Shown: positions 25,044-32,000 of the stretch, piece by piece
Position numbering within the stretch: the stretch's first letter is position 1
How the letters are laid out: every line of letters starts with the position of its first letter
Source of the DNA: Candidatus Heimdallarchaeota archaeon B3_Heim
Lineage (GTDB): Archaea; Asgardarchaeota; Heimdallarchaeia; Hodarchaeales; Hodarchaeaceae
Length of the DNA stretch: 32,000 nt
Direction of reading: 5' to 3'
NCBI GenBank assembly: GCA_003144275.1
Contig: NJBF01000019.1
Location: 1 to 32,000 of the forward strand
The notes under the pieces: model-generated
Databases searched by the model: none
Told to the model about the DNA's origin: nothing
The model's input: the letters and a program-made list of their open reading frames with translations, nothing else
Position numbers and translations under genes: made by a program

Positions 25044-26075
25044 GTGGTAAGTATGGTTTTCTTAATTACTGGTGGTACTGGTCTAGTAGGGAGTTTTTTA
25101 CTAGAAAAATTTGCCGCTACACCTTCATTAAACGAGAGTGAATGTCGTGTCATTGTACGTAATTCCGAAAGTAGGCTGAAAGTTGAAAAACTCGGATTAA
25201 CTCCAATTGAAGCTGATTTAAATGACATTGCCAGTTTAAAGAAAGCAATTAAAGATGTTACTTCTGTTATTCATTTAGCCGCGAGAGCAGATGATTGGGC
25301 TACATGGAAAGACCTTTACAGGGTTAATGTTGAAGGACTAGAGAATTTAGTATCAGTTTGTCGCAATGCTAATACCGATCCATTCATTTCTCACGTGAGT
25401 TCTACAGGGGTTTACGGCCATTATATTCCTAGTACACGAGTAACTGAAACATATCGGTTTAATCCTACAAGTATATATCAAAAGAGTAAATATTACCAAG
25501 AAAAGCATTTATGGGAGCTGAAGGAGCATGAAGGATGGGAAAATTTCAGTCTTGTTAGATCACCTAGTATAATAGGACCACGAGACACTAAAACGATAGG
25601 TGAAATATTCAAAGCTGTCTATGAACATAAATTCCCAATTTTAAGAGGCGGAGATATGTATGCTACATTTATTCACCCTCTAGATCTTAGTACAGCACTC
25701 CTTCTGTTAGATTCTAACAAGTCCCGTTCGAAAGGACAAGCATACAATGTCCGATCCTTTGAAACTAAAATGACGATTTTCTTAGAGTATATTGTTAAAT
25801 TAGTTAATCCACCCAAGGCCCCCTCTCCAATTAATTACCGTCTTGTTTACACTGTAGCTGTATTATCCGAACTCTATTCAAAGATTTCAGGTCGAAAAAC
25901 GACATTGAATAGGTATCGTGTAACAAAATTTGCCAAGTCTCGCCGTTATGATGATACGAAAATAAAAACGGAACTCAACTTTAAACCAGAAAAGAACATG
26001 GAAATTACACTTGATGAGTCGTATGAATGGTTAACATTACACGGTATTTTTCCGCCGAAGCAAAATGTGGATTAG
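25044..26075 (+). CDS. NAD-dependent epimerase/dehydratase (extended SDR)
   Basis: TGGTGLVG, HLAA, VNVEG, SSTGVYG, YQKSK (YxxxK) and R...IIGPRD. Alternative ATG at 25053. Confidence 0.9.
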   Translation: MVSMVFLITGGTGLVGSFLLEKFAATPSLNESECRVIVRNSESRLKVEKLGLTPIEADLNDIASLKKAIKDVTSVIHLAARADDWATWKDLYRVNVEGLENLVSVCRNANTDPFISHVSSTGVYGHYIPSTRVTETYRFNPTSIYQKSKYYQEKHLWELKEHEGWENFSLVRSPSIIGPRDTKTIGEIFKAVYEHKFPILRGGDMYATFIHPLDLSTALLLLDSNKSRSKGQAYNVRSFETKMTIFLEYIVKLVNPPKAPSPINYRLVYTVAVLSELYSKISGRKTTLNRYRVTKFAKSRRYDDTKIKTELNFKPEKNMEITLDESYEWLTLHGIFPPKQNVD

Positions 26076-26218
26076 GGTTACTTTAGAGAGAATACCTAGT
26101 CCAGAAAAGGGAGGACTAAGAAAGAGAATATGTAAACATTTAGATATAAATAAAAAACATAAATTCTCTAACCTAATCAGAATCTAATCCGTAACGATTT
26201 CATCTTGAAGGTATCCAC

Positions 26219-27187
26219 ATGAGTGATGAGAATATTGATCCTATTATCAACGCGCGGGTACTTCTGGTTGAGGATTCGAAAGATCATCAACTACTGTTTG
26301 TGAAACGTCTAAATAACCTTGGCATCCACAATATCACGATAAGTGAAACAGGTGAACAAGCTGTTGAGAAGATTAAGGGAGAACCAGATTATGACCTAAT
26401 TCTGGTGGATTATAGTCTTCCAACAGGACTTTCTGGCATTGATGTGATACGTGAAATTAGAAATTTGAATCCAGAAATTCCAATCATTATGGTAACTGGT
26501 TTAGGATCTGAACAAATTGCCGTGCAGGCAATGAAGTTAGGTATTCAAGATTATATCACAAAAGATGATCTCCTACAAGCAGATCTTAGAGAAAATATTG
26601 TTCCCCTCTTGCTTGAACGAAAATTACAACAGGAAACTGTCCTAGCTAAACGCTTGGAGGATGATCCCACACAATTGTCAATTTCAGTATTCAAATTTGG
26701 CAAAGTAGGACCCGAGCCATATCTCACATCCCCTCTTCCTTTTGAAAATGCATTTGAATCTGAACAAGACAGAGAAAGCTTTCTTTTAAAATTAGGGACA
26801 CATTACATGTCTGCTACGGGGACAGGACATGATTATGCACAAGGATTATACGAACTACCTGTTCCTAGTCCTCATCCGTTTATAGCTCCCAATGACCACC
26901 AAGAAGAGACGACTCAACCTCCAAACTCCTTTAGTAAATATCATAGTTTAGTTTATGGGTTTAGAATGACTGAAAAAGACCATCTCGATGAACGGATAAA
27001 GCTCAATAATTCATTAAATTATGGTTTAGTAGTAGTAACGTTTCCAATCCTCTATAGATCAATTTTACCTAATAGAGCTGTAATAGAAAAACGGTTTAGT
27101 GAACTCTTGAGTGCATATCACGATATGAAGGAATTAAATATAGAATTCTTGAAGCGTGCTCAACAAATTTTTCTTCTCTCAAAGTGA
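26219..27187 (+). CDS. Response regulator: N-terminal receiver fused to a C-terminal longin/uDENN-like domain
   Basis: Receiver with LLVEDS, phospho-acceptor D64 (LVDYSLP), T93 (MVTG) and K115 (DYITK). The C-terminal ~170 aa start SISVFKFGKVGPEP. The receiver call is firm; the longin call is inferred. Confidence 0.88.
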   Translation: MSDENIDPIINARVLLVEDSKDHQLLFVKRLNNLGIHNITISETGEQAVEKIKGEPDYDLILVDYSLPTGLSGIDVIREIRNLNPEIPIIMVTGLGSEQIAVQAMKLGIQDYITKDDLLQADLRENIVPLLLERKLQQETVLAKRLEDDPTQLSISVFKFGKVGPEPYLTSPLPFENAFESEQDRESFLLKLGTHYMSATGTGHDYAQGLYELPVPSPHPFIAPNDHQEETTQPPNSFSKYHSLVYGFRMTEKDHLDERIKLNNSLNYGLVVVTFPILYRSILPNRAVIEKRFSELLSAYHDMKELNIEFLKRAQQIFLLSK

Positions 27188-27274
27188 GGAACATAAATCA
27201 ATAATTAATGTTGGACGTAAAATTAGACAAAGTCGTGAAGAAAAATGTCTAATTCTCTCATTCAAACTTAACGG

Positions 27275-28024
27275 GTGCAATTGTTGAAATATGATGTAGA
27301 ATTAAGAAATCTCAACAAGAAATTTGGTTCAATAAATGCTGTAGATAATTTGGATCTAAAAATAAAGCAAGGAGAAATCTTTTGTTTAGTTGGACCTAAT
27401 GCAGCGGGTAAAACGACGACAATCAAACTAATACTAGGAATTCTTAAACCAGAGAAAGGAGATTCAAGTATTCGTGTCAAGGGATATGATATTCCTGCGG
27501 AGAAGAATAAGTTAAGAAAACTTATGGGATATTTACCTCAGCGAAAAGCCCTCTATGATATGCTTACCGCACGAGAAAATATTGAATTCTTTGCAAAAGC
27601 GAAAGGCCTCTCAAATAGTGATGCTAAGATTAACACAAGTTCAATGATCAAAAGACTATCATTAACAGAACATCAACAGAAATTAGCAGTCCATCTTTCG
27701 GGTGGTACCCAGCAGCGGACCGCATTAGCCTCTGCTATGGTTAATAATCCTCAAATCGCGTTTCTCGATGAACCTACTGTTGGTTTAGATCCTGTTCTAA
27801 GAAGAGAATTCTGGGAATACTTCAAACAAATCGCAAGATCTCAAAATACAACTATACTTGTCACTACTCACTATTTAAATGAAGCTGAATGGGCTGATCG
27901 TGTGGGTGTTATGAGAGATGGAAAACTCATCGCCATAGAGACACCACAAAATCTCATGGAACAGACAAATCAGCACAATATGGAAAATATGTTTTTTGAA
28001 CTGATCAAGGGGGAAACACAATGA
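27275..28024 (+). CDS. ABC transporter ATP-binding protein (ABC-2/drug-exporter type)
   Basis: Walker A GPNAAGKTT, Q-loop YLPQ, signature LSGG, Walker B FLDEPT and H-loop TTHY. GTG or TTG start. Confidence 0.95.
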   Translation: MQLLKYDVELRNLNKKFGSINAVDNLDLKIKQGEIFCLVGPNAAGKTTTIKLILGILKPEKGDSSIRVKGYDIPAEKNKLRKLMGYLPQRKALYDMLTARENIEFFAKAKGLSNSDAKINTSSMIKRLSLTEHQQKLAVHLSGGTQQRTALASAMVNNPQIAFLDEPTVGLDPVLRREFWEYFKQIARSQNTTILVTTHYLNEAEWADRVGVMRDGKLIAIETPQNLMEQTNQHNMENMFFELIKGETQ

Positions 28025-29169
28025 GGTTAACATTTCTAATTATGAGGAGACTTTTCCGAACCTTGTCACGAGATCATAGAACTGTCGGTCTAGTTGTAGT
28101 AGGTCCACCGCTTTTTATGGTAATGTTTGGAATCGCCTTTGGGGGCGAGATTGAACATGTACCCATTGCCATAATCAATAATGATAGTGATGCTAGGGTC
28201 GTCATTCCATATGGCAACTTCACAGTTTTTAATGAAACTGTTTCATCATTAGGTGATTCAATTACTAACACACTTGATCTTGATGACCCTAGGGTTGATG
28301 TCACTCATCTTACAGATTATGAATCAGCCAAGAAAGATGTGGATAATAAAAAATATGCATGTGTTGTACTAATTCCTGTGAATTTCACATATAATCTTGT
28401 CAGCCCCCTTGGGTCAAATATATCTTTAGAGATATATTTTGATAACTCTAATCCTCAGGTAGGAGGAGTAGTGATTCAGGCTATCCAAGAGTCTTTTCAA
28501 CAAGCTACCGGGGAATTTCGAGCAAATCTTGGGTTTGATGTTACCTACGCTTATGGAGAAGGTATTTCAACACTAGATTTCTTTACACCAGGAATGATTG
28601 TCTATGGCGTCTTCTTCTTCTCTTTTATGCTTGTGATAATGACATTAATAGAAGAAAGAAGATCAGGAACATTATCATTACTTCTTCAATGTCCGTATGA
28701 TAAGATTGAAATAATTTTAGGATATCTAGCTGCATTTTCAATTGTTAGTACAATCCAAACTACGCTGATAATTCTTATAGCAGGACTTGTTTTCCAAGTA
28801 TCCCTAGGAGTAACAATTGCTAATTACATTTCACTCTATATAGCAGCAATAATAGTTGGTTGGACGGGTTTGGTACTTGCTATTTTCCTTTCAGCATTTG
28901 CTAGATCAGAATTTCAAGCAGTGCAATTCATTCCTATTACAATAATTCCAGTCTTATTACTTTCTGGTATTGTAATTCCACTTAGCCAAATTCCTGAAAT
29001 TATCAGATGGGTTAGTTATTTATTACCAACCACTTATTCTGTCAATTTATTACGACAAATCGCGATAGAAGGGTATGTTCTAGAGCCTTTAAATTTTGGC
29101 CTATTATTTCAAATTGGCTTTGTCTTAATGCTTGTGGTTGCTAGCAGGTTAACTCTAAAGGAAAATTAA
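28021..29169 (+). CDS. ABC-2 family transporter permease
   Basis: N-terminal TM, extracytoplasmic loop, then 5 TM with IEERRSGTL, ARSEFQA, LLSGIVIP and LPTTY. ATGA overlap with the ATPase gene. Confidence 0.93.
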   Translation: MRLTFLIMRRLFRTLSRDHRTVGLVVVGPPLFMVMFGIAFGGEIEHVPIAIINNDSDARVVIPYGNFTVFNETVSSLGDSITNTLDLDDPRVDVTHLTDYESAKKDVDNKKYACVVLIPVNFTYNLVSPLGSNISLEIYFDNSNPQVGGVVIQAIQESFQQATGEFRANLGFDVTYAYGEGISTLDFFTPGMIVYGVFFFSFMLVIMTLIEERRSGTLSLLLQCPYDKIEIILGYLAAFSIVSTIQTTLIILIAGLVFQVSLGVTIANYISLYIAAIIVGWTGLVLAIFLSAFARSEFQAVQFIPITIIPVLLLSGIVIPLSQIPEIIRWVSYLLPTTYSVNLLRQIAIEGYVLEPLNFGLLFQIGFVLMLVVASRLTLKEN

Positions 29170-29210
29170 TCTGTAGAAGAGGATGTTGTAGGTACTTTTC
29201 CTACTTCCTC

Positions 29211-29900
29211 TCACATCTTAGAAAGAACTTTAATAAGACCCTTTCCGACAGTAGGAATTATAGATATTGGTTCATATTCAACTTCTGTAATAGGAAAGTT
29301 ATCCCCAAAAACACCTGTTCGAACAAGTATGACTCGCATCTTTGCGTTTTTTGCTGCTAATAAATCAACTAAAGTATCCCCTATGAAGATCGCATCCTTT
29401 TTATTAATTTTTAACTTCGAACAAGCATAATACAGTGGAATAGGGGATGGCTTTGAAACTCCAATACTTTTAGATTCTATTAAAACATCAAAAAGGTCTA
29501 AATAGGCACCAAACCGTTTTTTTAACAGTCTAGGAGAACCGTTTGATACAATTCCGAGAAGATATCCTTGTGATTTGAGTCGGGTAAGAGTTTCGATGAC
29601 ACCAGGAATTATATGCGGAGTATTATCCCATTTCAGAAATAACCACAAAACACGCATTAAACCTTTACCTAATGTAAACCATGAGAGATTAAAGTCCGCT
29701 TTTAGAGTAAGGAAAAATTCTGGTTTAAACCAGGAATGTTTGTTGCCAGAATTATATATAACCCCTAATCTATGCAGGTAATTGCGTACACTCTTTGAGT
29801 TTGGATTGGACATGAATTCCTGTGCGATTAATTGAGGGAAAACGCGGAGAGTATTCACTAAAGTGCCATCTAAATCAAAAAGAAGAGCTTTTGGCTTCAT
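29211..29900 (-). CDS. HAD-superfamily hydrolase (phosphoglycolate phosphatase-like)
   Basis: Motif I FDLDGTL, motif II IVSNG, motif III SKPSP and motif IV FIGDTLVDLLAA. Confidence 0.9.
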   Translation of the reverse strand: MKPKALLFDLDGTLVNTLRVFPQLIAQEFMSNPNSKSVRNYLHRLGVIYNSGNKHSWFKPEFFLTLKADFNLSWFTLGKGLMRVLWLFLKWDNTPHIIPGVIETLTRLKSQGYLLGIVSNGSPRLLKKRFGAYLDLFDVLIESKSIGVSKPSPIPLYYACSKLKINKKDAIFIGDTLVDLLAAKNAKMRVILVRTGVFGDNFPITEVEYEPISIIPTVGKGLIKVLSKM

Positions 29901-29976
29901 AAATTATCCTCTTGGTGAAGAAGCGTTGAGAAGTATTCTTTAGAGTTTAGTATCTGGGGGATAAATTGTTCCCTAG

Positions 29977-30897
29977 GTGATTAAAGTATCTGTACTCGGT
30001 TTAAAAAATCCTTTGATTTTATCACCTCTTGCAGAAATTACTATCCCCCCCTTTCGTAGGATTTGTGCAGAGTTTGGAGCAGTAACTATAAGTGAGATGA
30101 CCTACGCAAAGGGCATATTGCATAAAAATCCAAAGTCATTAAGAAGGATCACTCGAGCAGAAACTGAAGAAAAGTACGGCATACAATTGCTAACCAATAA
30201 CCCAGACGACTTAGTGAACACAATTGAGCTCATTGAGTCAGAAAATCTTTCTGATTTTATAGAACTAAATCTAGGGTGTCCTAAACCTAAAATCACAAAT
30301 GCGGGACTCGGAGCATACCTTTTAATTGTACAAAATCATATTTTGCTGAAGGAATTGCTTGAAATCGGAAGTACGAGCTCAAAATTACCATTTGCAGTAA
30401 AGATCCGGGCTGGTTTTAATGAAATTACTTATCCTGAAGTAATAAAAATAGCAGAAAAAGCTGGTGTGTCTTTTATTACCTTTCACTCTCGTCTCGCAAC
30501 CGATAATTACCAAATTCCTGCGAAATGGGATTATTGGGAACAAGCAGTCAAATATTCGACCATCCCGATAATAGCGAATGGGGATATTCGATCTTATGAT
30601 CATGCGTGTCAAGTAATTAACCAATTCGGAGTAAAAGGTGTTGCAATTGGGAGATCAGCTCGTGGAAATCCTCAAATCTTTCAAAAAAAGCCACAAATAT
30701 CATCACAATATACATATGATCGTTTAATACAGTATATGGAGAATACAGAATATTTTAATCTTTTTAATTTACGAGTACAGTCTTCTGATTTCTTGAAACA
30801 TTTCCGCTATGCAGCAAACGCACGAAAAAATATTCTCTCAATGAATAAGCCAAGAGAAATCATTGAATATACTCGAGAAATGTTAGGGGAACATTAA
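29977..30897 (+). CDS. dus: tRNA-dihydrouridine synthase family protein
   Basis: LSPLAEIT..PFR, ELNLGCP (catalytic Cys), VKIRAG, FHSR, IANGDI and IGRSARGNP. GTG start. Confidence 0.92.
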   Translation: MIKVSVLGLKNPLILSPLAEITIPPFRRICAEFGAVTISEMTYAKGILHKNPKSLRRITRAETEEKYGIQLLTNNPDDLVNTIELIESENLSDFIELNLGCPKPKITNAGLGAYLLIVQNHILLKELLEIGSTSSKLPFAVKIRAGFNEITYPEVIKIAEKAGVSFITFHSRLATDNYQIPAKWDYWEQAVKYSTIPIIANGDIRSYDHACQVINQFGVKGVAIGRSARGNPQIFQKKPQISSQYTYDRLIQYMENTEYFNLFNLRVQSSDFLKHFRYAANARKNILSMNKPREIIEYTREMLGEH

Positions 30898-31012
30898 GGC
30901 GCTAGTAATATAAAGCATAAAATTCAAAGGAGACTAGAATCAATATCTAGTAGAACCTTTATCAGACGACTGACAAAAAGTTTTCTAATGATCCATGTAG
31001 GAATTAACCTCC

Positions 31013-32000
31013 GTGCCCATAAATCTCAATCATGAAGCTCAAGTTGAATGGGACAAATACTTAGAGGCCTCCTCTATAGAAGAACAAATCGCACATCTTG
31101 AACGATTTGTGGGGGTTGTCGTAAAGCATAAAGGGGTTGAAAACCATCTAAGGATGGCTAAACAGAAATTAAAACGCTTAAAAGCCACCCAAGAAAAAAT
31201 GCGTCAAGCAAAGAAAGGTTCAGGAGAAAGATGGTTAGTTCCTAAGGGTGAAGATGCACAAATTGCAATTATTGGAACTGTAAATGCAGGGAAATCATCT
31301 ATTTTGAATTCTCTGTCTCGTTCAGATTCTGCTGCAAAGGTTGGTGCTTATCCATTCACGACAGTTAAGCCTGAAGTGGGATCGACATCAGCCAGAGGAG
31401 CACGATTACAACTCGTTGAACTTCCTGCAATTGTTGAGGGAAGTGTCCGCGGAGAAATGTCTGGAAAATTAGTTTTAGCAGGAATTCGCAATTCAGATTG
31501 TGTAATATTAGCCATCGATTTAACCCATAATCCAGTTGAACAGCTGAAACTTATTTTAAAGGAGCTTTCTGTCGGAAAAATACGATTAAACACTGAAAAA
31601 CCATCAGTGAAAATTGAAAAAGTAGGATCAGGGAATATTCAGGTTTTCAATTCTCATCATTATGAAGGTAAAGGAAATGATGAAATTACTGAAATTATGA
31701 GAACAAAGGGTTACATGAATGTTATCGTGAGATTTCATGGACCCACAACTGTAGATCAATTTTTTGATGCTTTGGATTATACAATAAGTTACCTTCCTGC
31801 AATAATTTTTGCTACAAAGGGAGATGTGAAAGGATCGAAATTAAATTATTCAACACTGATGGAATATATTTCTACGAATAAATTACCATTAGAGATAATT
31901 CCCGTGTCTAGCTCTAATAATGAAGGATTTGATTCCATAGAAGAAACAATTTTCAATAAACTCAATAAAATTAGGGTATTTACTAGAAACAATGTTGGAG
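31013..32000 (+). CDS. DRG/OBG-family GTP-binding protein (archaeal DRG paralog), truncated at window end
   Basis: Not in the ORF track because there is no stop in the window. Hand translation from GTG 31013 gives MPINLNHEAQVEWDKYLEA...KHKGVENHL, G1 GTVNAGKS, G2 YPFTT, G3 QLVELPA, G4 TKGD and G5 VSS, open to 32000. Confidence 0.9.
   Translation, partial: MPINLNHEAQVEWDKYLEASSIEEQIAHLERFVGVVVKHKGVENHLRMAKQKLKRLKATQEKMRQAKKGSGERWLVPKGEDAQIAIIGTVNAGKSSILNSLSRSDSAAKVGAYPFTTVKPEVGSTSARGARLQLVELPAIVEGSVRGEMSGKLVLAGIRNSDCVILAIDLTHNPVEQLKLILKELSVGKIRLNTEKPSVKIEKVGSGNIQVFNSHHYEGKGNDEITEIMRTKGYMNVIVRFHGPTTVDQFFDALDYTISYLPAIIFATKGDVKGSKLNYSTLMEYISTNKLPLEIIPVSSSNNEGFDSIEETIFNKLNKIRVFTRNNVG

Noticed and set aside
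25044-26075. Sterol-pathway 3-beta-hydroxysteroid dehydrogenase
   Set aside because: Extended SDR motifs do not define substrate, and no sterol or hopanoid genes are nearby.
2871-31593. Remaining short ORF-track entries nested in or antisense to larger genes (for example 2871-3146, 3110-3352, 7038-7268, 16704-17024, 20321-20557, 31348-31593)
   Set aside because: Fully overlapped by motif-supported CDS, with shadow-like composition and no domain signals.
1-32000. CRISPR arrays, tRNA/rRNA genes, IS elements, prophage or integron features
   Set aside because: I saw no regularly spaced repeats, cloverleaf or T-loop signatures, terminal inverted repeats with transposase, or integrase. A covariance-model scan was not run.

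Overview
A gene-dense, AT-rich archaeal chromosomal window with about 30 CDS. I found no rRNA, tRNA, CRISPR array, transposase or integrase. The marker content points to an Asgard archaeon, probably Heimdallarchaeia/Hodarchaeales-like (inference). That content includes a flavodoxin-less Taw1/TYW1, a COG1340-type coiled-coil protein, an archaeal DRG-paralog GTPase, GGTGA-type Shine-Dalgarno sites, a WD40 protein and a longin-like domain. Housekeeping genes cover alpha-glucan metabolism (GH77 MalQ, GH57), tRNA modification (TYW1, Dus), hydrolases, transporters (MFS, ABC-2) and an orphan DNA methyltransferase. The most interesting signals are: (1) a two-component receiver domain fused to a longin/uDENN-like domain; (2) an orphan CheW next to a MEDS-HisKA kinase and a wHTH regulator; (3) a WD40 protein with an acidic WxxF tail heading a run of uncharacterised membrane proteins; (4) a PIP-box-like tail on the orphan methyltransferase; (5) two adjacent uncharacterised genes sharing a beta4-alpha module; (6) a very basic, linker-histone-tail-like protein. 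A DRG-family GTPase gene missed by the ORF track starts at 31013 and runs off the right edge. All family assignments come from motif recognition by eye; no database search was run.
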